Program-made: the position numbers and the translations under genes
Part shown: positions 29,986-38,452 of the stretch, in pieces
How positions within the stretch are numbered: the first letter of the stretch is position 1
Layout of the letters: each line of letters opens with the position of its first letter
Assembly (NCBI GenBank): GCA_965208125.1
Contig: OZ242320.1
Coordinates: 3,168,001-3,232,000, forward strand
Source: Candidatus Latescibacterota bacterium
Lineage (GTDB): Bacteria; Latescibacterota; UBA2968
Length of the DNA stretch: 64,000 nt
Direction of reading: 5' to 3'
The notes under the pieces: generated by a model
What the model was told of the DNA's origin: nothing
Database searches by the model: none
The model's input: the letters and a program-made list of their open reading frames with translations, nothing else

Positions 29986-30738
29986 ATGTCGAATCCCACG
30001 ATTGATGTGTTGATGTCGCACAGGAGTATTCGGAGGTTTGAAGATCGGCCCTTGCCCGATGGGGTGTTGGAGTCTCTGATTCGGTGCGGGCAGCAGGCGA
30101 GTACGTCGAGTAATTTACAGGCTTATACGGTGATTCATGTGGCTGATCCCAGGCGAAAAAAGAAGTTGGCTGAGTTGTGTGCCGATCAGGTGCAGATTCA
30201 TCAGAGTGCGGCTTTTTTGGCTTTTTGTGCGGATTTGCATCGGGATTGGATGGCGAATCAGATGCACGGGGTTGAGCGATTTGATGGGGATTATGTCGAG
30301 GCGTTGATGATTGCGACGGTGGATGTCGCGCTGATGATGCAGAATGTGGCGATTGCGGCGGAGTCTATGGGTTTGGGTATTTGTATGATTGGGGCGATGC
30401 GGAATAATCCAAAGGCTGTGGGTGAATTGCTCGGTTTGCCGCCTTATGTTGTGGCTGTGTCGGGATTTTGTATTGGGTATCCCGCACAGGAGCCAGAGGT
30501 GAAACCGCGGTTGCCCGTCGATGCGGTGTTGCACCGGGAGCGTTATCTGGATGACGAGACGCATCGGACGATTATGAAGGATTACGATGAGAAGATGGTG
30601 GCGTTTTATGCGTCACAGGGGATGCACGAAGGAGATCAGCGCTGGACAACGGTGGTGGGCGGGCGCACCGGGCAATTCCATGTGCGTGAGGAACTGGACG
30701 AGTTTCTGACAGCGCAGGGGTTTAAGTTGCGGAGGTGA
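29986..30738 (+). CDS. NADPH-dependent nitroreductase (NfsA/Frp family)
   Basis: 'HRSIRRF', 'ASTSSNLQAY', 'AESMGLGICMIGAMRN', 'KPRLP'. Confidence 0.9.
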   Translation: MSNPTIDVLMSHRSIRRFEDRPLPDGVLESLIRCGQQASTSSNLQAYTVIHVADPRRKKKLAELCADQVQIHQSAAFLAFCADLHRDWMANQMHGVERFDGDYVEALMIATVDVALMMQNVAIAAESMGLGICMIGAMRNNPKAVGELLGLPPYVVAVSGFCIGYPAQEPEVKPRLPVDAVLHRERYLDDETHRTIMKDYDEKMVAFYASQGMHEGDQRWTTVVGGRTGQFHVREELDEFLTAQGFKLRR

Positions 30739-30845
30739 AGGGATGATTCGTTGGAATGATGGAATTGAAAAGCGCTTGACCGAGTAGTGGGCGTGTATTA
30801 TATACGCCTGCACTTTGGAGACAAATAATCATAAAGGAGGACAAG

Positions 30846-31493
30846 ATGAAAGTGCTGATTTTATCGGGGCCGAACCATCGGTTTGATGCAAGTGCCGAGG
30901 TTATCAATGGGTTTTTGGGTGCTGAGGACGATTTATCTGTGGCGCTTGAAGACAATAAGGATGTGCTGACTTCAGACGCTTTGGACGATTTTGATGTGCT
31001 GGTACACGGTACGGGATTCACGCGTACAGAGCGGGACGCAGATGGGACGGTGAATCGCTTGCCGGATTTGACGCCTGATCAAGAAGAGGGGTTATTTGAT
31101 TTTGTCGCAGGTGGCAAGGGTCTGGTGGGTATTCACGGTACGGCTTGGTGGATTGGTGGGAGGGCTGTGGATTTGATTGGCGGACACGCAAACTGGCATC
31201 CGCCGGGATTGACGTTTACCGTCAATATTGCAGATGACGCGCATCCCATTACGCAAGGGGTCGAAGATTTTGAAGTGGAAGACGAGATTTATATGTCGGC
31301 CTGGGATCCCGCCGTTCACATTTTGGCAACCGCGGATTGGAGCGATAAGCAGCATCCTATGGCCTGGGTGAAGAATTATGGCGAAGGACGGGTATTTTAC
31401 ACGACTCTGGGACACGGGCCGGGTACATTCGAGCGGGCAGGGATGCAGCAACTGGTGACGCAGGGCGTGAGATGGGCTGGAGGGAATTCGTAA
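30846..31493 (+). CDS. ThuA-like domain protein
   Basis: 'GGKGLVGIHG', 'HPITQG', 'DEIY', 'GEGRVFYTTLGH'. Confidence 0.88.
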   Translation: MKVLILSGPNHRFDASAEVINGFLGAEDDLSVALEDNKDVLTSDALDDFDVLVHGTGFTRTERDADGTVNRLPDLTPDQEEGLFDFVAGGKGLVGIHGTAWWIGGRAVDLIGGHANWHPPGLTFTVNIADDAHPITQGVEDFEVEDEIYMSAWDPAVHILATADWSDKQHPMAWVKNYGEGRVFYTTLGHGPGTFERAGMQQLVTQGVRWAGGNS

Positions 31494-32143
31494 TGCTTAG
31501 ATTTGCCGAAGAACTCTTGCTTCTGACACTCGACGACGAGAATGGGAGATTTGCTCGCGTGCCAGACCGGCTGATGCGGTACGCGCTGGCTGGCGGTGTG
31601 TTGATGGATTTAGCGCTGGAGAATCGGATTGATACGGATCTCAAAAATCTGATTCTCGTCGATTCGACTCGGCTTCAGGATAGCTTGCTCGATCCGACGC
31701 TGGCGGATATTGCAGAGGCGGACGATACTAAGGATGCGCGCTTTTGGGTGGAACGCACCGCACTTCGCGCAGATACGATTCGAGAAGTGGCACTCAATCG
31801 GCTCGTAGAACGGGGTATTCTCAAGCGCGAAGAGGACCGGTTCATGTGGGTATTCCAGGCGCGGCGCTATCCCATTATTGACAATACGGCCGAGCGCGAG
31901 GTCAAGCTGAGGATTATGGAGGTGTTGTTCAGCGATCAGATTCCAGGTCCGCGCGATGTCGTGATTATTGGCCTGGCGCATGCATGCGATATTTTCAAAG
32001 AGATTCTGTCCACACGTGAACTGGCGCGTGTTTCAGATCGCATCGATCAGGTGCGAAAGCTGGATTTGATCGGTCAGGCCATGTCGCAGGCGATTACAGA
32101 TATCGAACTATCGCTCGCCCTCGCCGTGCAGATGATGCCGTGA
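31493..32143 (+). CDS. GPP34 (Golgi phosphoprotein 3) family protein
   Basis: 'AEELLLLTLDDENG', 'LAGGVLMDLALENRI', 'LVERGIL', 'RRYP'; TAATG overlap with thuA-like gene. Confidence 0.85.
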   Translation: MLRFAEELLLLTLDDENGRFARVPDRLMRYALAGGVLMDLALENRIDTDLKNLILVDSTRLQDSLLDPTLADIAEADDTKDARFWVERTALRADTIREVALNRLVERGILKREEDRFMWVFQARRYPIIDNTAEREVKLRIMEVLFSDQIPGPRDVVIIGLAHACDIFKEILSTRELARVSDRIDQVRKLDLIGQAMSQAITDIELSLALAVQMMP

Positions 32144-32156
32144 AAAGTGTGAAGTG

Positions 32157-32196
32157 AAAAGCCGCCTTGCTGGAACTTCAGCAAGGCGGCTTTTTT
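32157..32196. terminator. Bidirectional terminator
   Basis: AAAAGCCGCCTTGCTG/CAGCAAGGCGGCTTTTTT. Confidence 0.8.
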
Positions 32197-32243
32197 CAGG
32201 TGTTTTCGGTGGGAGTTTCCCCTCGCGGATACTGAGGCAGAAG

Positions 32244-32531
32244 TTACACGCCTTCGGCGATTATCACGGAGGCGGTGGCGGACCTCAGGCGGATCTCTTT
32301 GAGTCTGGCGTATTCCGGGGAATTTAGCCACGTTCTCGCCTGTTCAACGCTGTCGAATTCCACTACTACCATGCGGTCGGGTATCCAATCGCCCTCTATC
32401 GCCTCAGTGGCACCGCCTCGCACCAGGTATTTGCCACCGTGAGCCTCAACGGTCGCTGCAATCCCTTTTTGAAATTCAGCGAAGACTGCCTGGTCCGTTA
32501 TTCCATTATTCAAAATTACATATCCAGCCAT
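32244..32531 (-). CDS. DUF1330 domain protein
   Basis: 'HGGKYLVRGG..E.IEGDW.P.R.VVVEF.S.EQA..W.NSPEY'. Confidence 0.9.
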   Translation of the reverse strand: MAGYVILNNGITDQAVFAEFQKGIAATVEAHGGKYLVRGGATEAIEGDWIPDRMVVVEFDSVEQARTWLNSPEYARLKEIRLRSATASVIIAEGV

Positions 32532-32628
32532 ATTGACTTCTCCTTTCGCATGTTATGTGAGCACTGCATAGATGGTAATGCCGATTTTACTATAAGCAAC
32601 GATCTAAAGTTTTTGTCAACACTCTTTT

Positions 32629-33681
32629 TTATGGATTGGTGTCGCTCGTATCCTCAATGGATCCGTCTCTGGTTTGCAACCGCATCCCGGTGTTATTGGC
32701 GCGCGTGCACCAGACTTGCCCCGAGATAGCAGCGTGTTTCCGTAAGGCTGTTAGCAACTGCGCTTTGACTACATCATCTGAGGTCTCATCGGCGTCGAAG
32801 AATCCGAAGACTGTGGATCCAGTTGACGAAAGGCCACACCCAACAATGCCGGCCACCTCGTCAAACCCGCGCCGAACCGCCTGAAGCGGGGCGAGTTCTG
32901 GCCGCTCCCAATGTCGCCGCTTCCAGCCAGTCTCCTGCAGGGCACTCAATGATGATCCAAACGCCGGCAGGTCGAACTCCAGGATCGCGGGCAGGAGTTG
33001 CATCAGGATCACATGCGACACCGCTTGAACCTCATTCAGCGGTATCGGTGTGTTAGCGACCATGAATTCAAGTTCTCGCTGGCCCGATAGCCCACCCAAA
33101 TCCCGAGGTCTGAACAGGACCACGCCCCAGTGAACTGGAAATTCGTAGCGAAGCAAGAGAGGCGGTTGACGCACATCGCGGGCAAAGCGGCTGGGTGCAA
33201 AGAAGTCCTTGTCCCGGTCAACGGAATGGCCGCCGTCCAGCAGCAGACCGCCCCATTGGAATGCACCAATGCCGATGCCCGACGTACCCCCTCGCGTCGA
33301 TATTTCTGTCAGTTTTGACTGTGACAGGTTCAGCTCGAAGCAGTGATTCAGTGCCGCCAGCAAGGACAGCCTCCACTGGGTACCCGAACCAAGCCCGTGA
33401 TGGTGAGGAATCGTCTCGTGGATAACGATCTGCAAGGCTGGATCAACATCCAGCAACTCGCTGCTGGCTATGAGTTCTCTCATCACGAACTTTCGTAGCC
33501 TGGCGTCGCCACCGCGCACGTTGGCGTGCCCGTGGGAGCAGAAGTCGAACGCGATTCCCGGTTGTTCCAGCGCAATACCGAGACCGCCGTCGATGCGACC
33601 CAGTTGACCGTTCATGTCAACGAGCGTGAAATGCAAACGCGACGGGGTGCTAATACGATTGTGAGTGAAGGTTGAGGACAT
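32629..33681 (-). CDS. mptG: Beta-ribofuranosylaminobenzene 5'-phosphate (RFA-P) synthase family, GHMP fold
   Basis: 'TPSRLHFTLVDMNG..GRIDGGLG', 'PHHHGLGSGTQ', 'RGGTSGIG..AF..GG..LDGGH'. Confidence 0.85.
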   Translation of the reverse strand: MSSTFTHNRISTPSRLHFTLVDMNGQLGRIDGGLGIALEQPGIAFDFCSHGHANVRGGDARLRKFVMRELIASSELLDVDPALQIVIHETIPHHHGLGSGTQWRLSLLAALNHCFELNLSQSKLTEISTRGGTSGIGIGAFQWGGLLLDGGHSVDRDKDFFAPSRFARDVRQPPLLLRYEFPVHWGVVLFRPRDLGGLSGQRELEFMVANTPIPLNEVQAVSHVILMQLLPAILEFDLPAFGSSLSALQETGWKRRHWERPELAPLQAVRRGFDEVAGIVGCGLSSTGSTVFGFFDADETSDDVVKAQLLTALRKHAAISGQVWCTRANNTGMRLQTRDGSIEDTSDTNP

Positions 33682-33792
33682 CGGCAGCCTCTGTGGAATT
33701 GACCGAGCAACAGGCGCTGGATACGAAATTGTGGTAACGCAGAAGTTACGCGTCTTCGACGATGGTAGATTTGATTCTATGTTCTGTCAATA

Positions 33793-35535
33793 CTATCGCG
33801 AGCCATCGACTTGTACCGTAATGATGTCTATGCCGTGATATTTCCGGTGGCGCACAGAAGACGCGTAATGCCGCAACAGGCGGAACGATATCTCGCTTTC
33901 CTCCGGAACCTCGACCTGTTCGCTCAGGTACGCCAACTGGTCTTCGATGTTCTCCTCTTCGAAGACCGCCAGGAACTCTATCTCTATTGTCCCGTTGTTG
34001 GGACGCGCAAAGAGGATCAACTTCGGCGCATTATCAGTCGCGTAGTTCCCCCCCAACTGTAACAGACTCGACAGTGCCTCCTCACCGGCGGCACGTAGCC
34101 GCTCCGTCGAAGCATCATTCCAGCCAATCCTGGAGGCGAGGTCGCAGAGTAATGCGTCAATCCTGGGCAGAGCGGAGATGTCCAACGCGGTCTCCAGGCG
34201 TCTGCGCCGCGGGTTGGTCAACTCTGTGAATGAGGTCATCAGAATCGCAGCCAGAACGCCGGCTGTCATGCCGTTGCCGAGTGATGCGCCCCACGTCTGG
34301 CCCAGCAGGTCCAGGAGGATGTTCTGATTCTCCAGGCCCACCCCGATCGAGAGCGCCAGGCCCACCGCCAGAGCCTTTCGATGATCGAGACCGTCCTGAA
34401 AGATTGTCCTCATACCTTCCACGAAGAGCAGACCCATTATCATCAACAGAAATGCCCCCATGACGTGACTGGGAATTGTGAGCAGGATAGTCGCCGCCTT
34501 GGGTAAGAACGCCAATCCGAATAAGATGCCCCCAATAATATATCCAACGCTGCGTGCTGCGACTCCAGTGAGGGTGATGAGCGACACGCAGGAAGGCGAA
34601 TAGATTATAGTGGGTAGCGTTCCCGCAATTCCGGACAGTAGCGCGCCCAGTCCGTTGGTGTTGAGTGTACCTTGGACCAGACGGAAATCGGTCGCCTGTG
34701 GCCTGCGCCGCGAAACCTGTTGAATGACAACGCTATCGCCGCTGGTCTTGATTGCGACTACGAGACTCACAATCACAAACACTGGCAGAAGTGCCCAGAA
34801 CTCCGCACCCGGTCTCAGATCGAGCCCCGCCCATGCTGCGATATCCGGCAGGTCAAACCAGGGCGCTTCAATTACTCGCTGAGCATCGTACAGTCCGAAG
34901 TATGCGGCGACCGCGCAACCCGCCGCGATTCCGATAAGTGGCGACCACAGCCGCCAAATCCCCGAAGCGCGCAGTGCCAGTGCTACGGCGACGGTCAATG
35001 TCACTGCGGCACTGACTATACCCGCGGCCAGAGGCATCCCTTCGGGCACCTCTTTCAGCCTGTCGAATGCGATTGACATGACTGTGACTGCTATCAGCAT
35101 GAGCGCTGTACCTGAGACGACCGGCGTGATAATGCGCCGCAGCAGCGGAAGCCAGGCGGCCAGTGCGAACTGCATCAGCGACGACACGACGATGAGACTC
35201 GCCAGCATGGACAGATCGCCCTCCTTTAGTGCCAGGACAGAGATCGCTATGAAGTGGGGTCCGGCACCTGTCATGAGTACCTGCCCCGCTCCCAGCCGTC
35301 CGACCCGACCAGCCTGTAGAGCAGTAATAACGCCACCGATTATAAGAGAGGAAAAGACGGCCCACGATAGGTAGTGATCACTCTGGTCGGCCGCACGGAA
35401 GATAATGGTTACAAACAACACCGTGTTGGCCAGAGTAAGCATGACACCCTGAAAGGCGACGCCAATCGACACTAAGGGAGGACACTGCTCGTCAGGCTCG
35501 TATTGGATGGTTTCATTTTTGTGCGCTATACTCAA
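33793..35535 (-). CDS. NCS2 (xanthine/uracil permease) family transporter with C-terminal RsbW-like domain
   Basis: 'LRRIITPVVSG', 'LTGVAAR', 'FLPK'; about 140 aa soluble C-domain aligns with HATPase_c_2; start TTG 35535 (or 35553). Confidence 0.85.
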   Translation of the reverse strand: MSIAHKNETIQYEPDEQCPPLVSIGVAFQGVMLTLANTVLFVTIIFRAADQSDHYLSWAVFSSLIIGGVITALQAGRVGRLGAGQVLMTGAGPHFIAISVLALKEGDLSMLASLIVVSSLMQFALAAWLPLLRRIITPVVSGTALMLIAVTVMSIAFDRLKEVPEGMPLAAGIVSAAVTLTVAVALALRASGIWRLWSPLIGIAAGCAVAAYFGLYDAQRVIEAPWFDLPDIAAWAGLDLRPGAEFWALLPVFVIVSLVVAIKTSGDSVVIQQVSRRRPQATDFRLVQGTLNTNGLGALLSGIAGTLPTIIYSPSCVSLITLTGVAARSVGYIIGGILFGLAFLPKAATILLTIPSHVMGAFLLMIMGLLFVEGMRTIFQDGLDHRKALAVGLALSIGVGLENQNILLDLLGQTWGASLGNGMTAGVLAAILMTSFTELTNPRRRRLETALDISALPRIDALLCDLASRIGWNDASTERLRAAGEEALSSLLQLGGNYATDNAPKLILFARPNNGTIEIEFLAVFEEENIEDQLAYLSEQVEVPEESEISFRLLRHYASSVRHRKYHGIDIITVQVDGSR

Positions 35536-35549
35536 ATCTAACTCCCAAT

Positions 35550-36830
35550 TCAAACTAATTCTGCAGGGTCGTTGATGCGCGCGCCTTCAGGGGCAGAAAC
35601 TGAGCCTGTGAGCAATGGGTCGTCGGTTGTTTCCATCCAGGTTTGGAGGCGGTGGCGCAGGTCGTCTATTGCGTCTTGATGGTTGGGGTCAGAGGCGAGA
35701 TTGCTGGTCTCATGGGGATCAAAAATGAGGTCGTAGAGTTGTTCAGGGGGTTGGTTTTTCTGTCGCCAGCCCTGGGAGAGAAAGTAGGTTTTGCTGGGGC
35801 TGCCATCGCAGTTGATGTCGCCGGGACGCAAGGTGGGATACCAGTGGCGGATGTATTTCCATTTTTTGGTGCGAATGGCGCGTTGTGGATCGTAATAGCT
35901 GTGGTAGTTGATTTCTGCGAAAATTTCATCGTGGATTTCATCTGTTTCTTCGCGGACGAGTGGTAGTATGGATTTGCCTTGCAGCCAGTCTGGATGGTCT
36001 ATGCCGATCACATCGCACAAGGTGGGGAAGAGATCAATTTGAGAGACCATGCCATCGATGACTTTGCCGCCTGAAAAGCCCGGTCCTCGCATGATGAGCA
36101 TGACGCCGATGCCGTGATCGGTGAGGTTGCATTTCATCATGGGAAATGCGATGCCGTGATCGGTGGTGCTTATGACGATGGTGTTTTCGGAAAGTCCGGC
36201 GCGATCTATGGCGTTTAGGACGCGCCCGACTTCGGTATCGAGGATGCGAACACAGGTTTTGTAAGCGGCGGTGTCGTATCGGGTTTCGGGAGTGTCGGGC
36301 AAGGGCACGGGAGGTATGCAATAGCGCGGGTCGTCTCCAGGACCCGGTTCGGGAAAGCTGCGATGGGTGACGGTATATCCGACGTCGAGGAAGAAGGGCT
36401 TGTCGTGGGATCGGTTGAGAAATGCAATCGCCGCATCAGAGGTCGTCCGTTGATTTTTCGCTGTGTCGAATATTTCGTCATAACCGATTTCCGAGGGATC
36501 GGCTGCTGGGGGGCGACCGACGTGCTGAAAACCCGAGAGAGCGGTTGTATAACCCGCTTTTTTGAGCGTTTGAACGAGGTGATGGCTGTAATCGTTGAGC
36601 CGAAAACCCCGGTGGGCAAGCCCCAGCATGCCACAACTGTGGGGCCATTGTCCGGTCAGGAGTGCTGCGCGGCTCGGCGAGCAGGTCGGGTTGGCGCAAA
36701 ATGCCTGGCGAAAGAGAACGCCTTGTTCGGCGAGGCGCTGAAAATTTGGGGTGGGTATGGCATGCCCAAAGGGCTGAATGTAGCGACCCGTGTCGTGAGA
36801 GTGGATGTAGAGGATGTTTGGATGGGACAT
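35550..36830 (-). CDS. Sulfatase (S1, N-sulfoglucosamine sulfohydrolase-like)
   Basis: 'PNILYIHSHD', 'CSPSRAALLTG', 'TDHGIAFP.MKCNL'. Confidence 0.92.
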   Translation of the reverse strand: MSHPNILYIHSHDTGRYIQPFGHAIPTPNFQRLAEQGVLFRQAFCANPTCSPSRAALLTGQWPHSCGMLGLAHRGFRLNDYSHHLVQTLKKAGYTTALSGFQHVGRPPAADPSEIGYDEIFDTAKNQRTTSDAAIAFLNRSHDKPFFLDVGYTVTHRSFPEPGPGDDPRYCIPPVPLPDTPETRYDTAAYKTCVRILDTEVGRVLNAIDRAGLSENTIVISTTDHGIAFPMMKCNLTDHGIGVMLIMRGPGFSGGKVIDGMVSQIDLFPTLCDVIGIDHPDWLQGKSILPLVREETDEIHDEIFAEINYHSYYDPQRAIRTKKWKYIRHWYPTLRPGDINCDGSPSKTYFLSQGWRQKNQPPEQLYDLIFDPHETSNLASDPNHQDAIDDLRHRLQTWMETTDDPLLTGSVSAPEGARINDPAELV

Positions 36831-36849
36831 TGAATTCTCCTGTGAATTA

Positions 36850-38265
36850 TCACGCATGAGATAGATACGCTCGGAGGTGTTTGAGGGCGCGGCCATTGTC
36901 TATTGCTTCTCGCGTCTGTCGAATTGCATCGTGGGGATCGGCGGTGAAACCGAGTAGATGATCTGTGAGGGCTGCATTGAGTACAATGCGGTCGTAAACA
37001 GGGCCTTTTGCCCCAGAGAGAGCTGCAAGGCCGAGTTTGGCAAAGGTCTGTGCATCGACGGCATTGGGACGTGGATTTTGTGCGTAGTGAAAGCCATAAG
37101 TGGCGGGATTGATGTCGCAAGCATAAGTTTGATCGGCGCGAAAGCCCTGTGAAAAATTGATGGCGTTGCGCGTTTTATCGGTGGGTTTTCCCAGGCGCAG
37201 GGAAAAATGGCTGGTGCCCTCTTCCCCTTTGATAGCTACCGCGGATGTAAACCCGGTCTCGCGTGCGATTTTCAGAAGGGGGATTTCGTATCCCGAATGG
37301 TAATAACCGATGACAATGTGATTGCTGCCCGCACAGGTGAAGATTTGTTGCGCTTTTTCTGTGGCAGACCACGGAGGGCGTTTGCCTATGTGGGCGCGAA
37401 GGTCGCGGGCTGCGTAGGCCGCTGGCGCATATTCGCACTGGCTGATGTAGGCAAAGCCAATCTGGGGATTTTCGAGTCGTTCAGCTGCTTCTGAAAGCGA
37501 CAGATTGGTGCGGGCATTGAGGGCGTTGAGGATCTGTTCGTCAGTTACACCCCATTTGGGCGGCATGGTATCTACACCGTGAAGCACGGTGGGGCGACCG
37601 AGGGCTGCGCGCAGTGCTGCGACAAAAAGGGTGGGTTTGAAGTAGCGGGTTGAGCCATTGTAGGGTTGACCAAAGTGGGTGAGGTTATTCACATGCACTG
37701 TGTGGGCGCATTCGGGTGCAAAGGTCGAGTGCAAGTATCCGCGTACCTCGTCGTAGGATTCGAGGTTCATGCGCTGGCCAATCAGCGCGGCACCTTTGAG
37801 GCTGCCGCGAACGCTTTCGGTGAGAATGGCTTCGCACATAAGGCGCGTTTGGTCGTAGGTGAGATGACCTCCGGCGAGAATGGTTTTTAACGCGACAATG
37901 ACGGTTTGCTCTTCGGGTGATTCTGCGGGACAGTGATCTTTGAGGCCGAAGATGTATTGCAGGTCTGGTGAGAGGTGGGTTTGTAGAAGAGGGGTATATT
38001 GTTCAAAGGCATTGATTTCCGCCTGGCTCCAGGCTGTTTTAGGCGGGTAATTGCGCCGCAGACGCATGGCGGCAAAGAAGGATCCCATCTGGATAGCGGA
38101 GACTGGATGATGCGTTTTGTTTTGCAGGGTATTGAGGATGGTATCCAGTACGGGCTGAGGCTGTGGATCGCTGGATTTATTGCCCAGGGGACGAGATTGC
38201 GTGGGGCCTGTACACACACGCGCCTGGGCTTCGAGGACGAGGGGGTTGGGATCGAATAGTGGCAT
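36850..38265 (-). CDS. Anthranilate phosphoribosyltransferase-like (YbiB/glycosyltransferase family 3) protein
   Basis: Two N-terminal helical repeats ('QMGSFFAAMRLR', 'KGAALIGQRM..E'), 'PYNG..R', 'VLHG...PPKWGVT', 'KGEEG'. Confidence 0.75.
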   Translation of the reverse strand: MPLFDPNPLVLEAQARVCTGPTQSRPLGNKSSDPQPQPVLDTILNTLQNKTHHPVSAIQMGSFFAAMRLRRNYPPKTAWSQAEINAFEQYTPLLQTHLSPDLQYIFGLKDHCPAESPEEQTVIVALKTILAGGHLTYDQTRLMCEAILTESVRGSLKGAALIGQRMNLESYDEVRGYLHSTFAPECAHTVHVNNLTHFGQPYNGSTRYFKPTLFVAALRAALGRPTVLHGVDTMPPKWGVTDEQILNALNARTNLSLSEAAERLENPQIGFAYISQCEYAPAAYAARDLRAHIGKRPPWSATEKAQQIFTCAGSNHIVIGYYHSGYEIPLLKIARETGFTSAVAIKGEEGTSHFSLRLGKPTDKTRNAINFSQGFRADQTYACDINPATYGFHYAQNPRPNAVDAQTFAKLGLAALSGAKGPVYDRIVLNAALTDHLLGFTADPHDAIRQTREAIDNGRALKHLRAYLSHA

Positions 38266-38452
38266 AGATGGAAAGTATTGCGGGGATGCGGTGTTGTCAA
38301 GAGATTGAAAACGCGAAGGGAAAGTGCAAGGGGAAAGTCACAGAGGGTGTAAAAGTGCTATACATCCCCCCAATTTGTTTGTATTATGTTTCCCATTAGT
38401 CGCAGGCCGTGTTTCGTTGGAGAGTATAAATCAGAAACTGAGGAATTTTCCA

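Noticed and set aside
32244-35553. Mobile element or genomic island call
   Set aside because: Codon style looks somewhat different, but no integrase, transposase, tRNA or direct repeats are visible, so boundaries cannot be supported
38266-38452. Possible glycine riboswitch before the AGCS symporter (GGAGAG present)
   Set aside because: No CCGAAG or CTCTCAGG elements and no supporting stems
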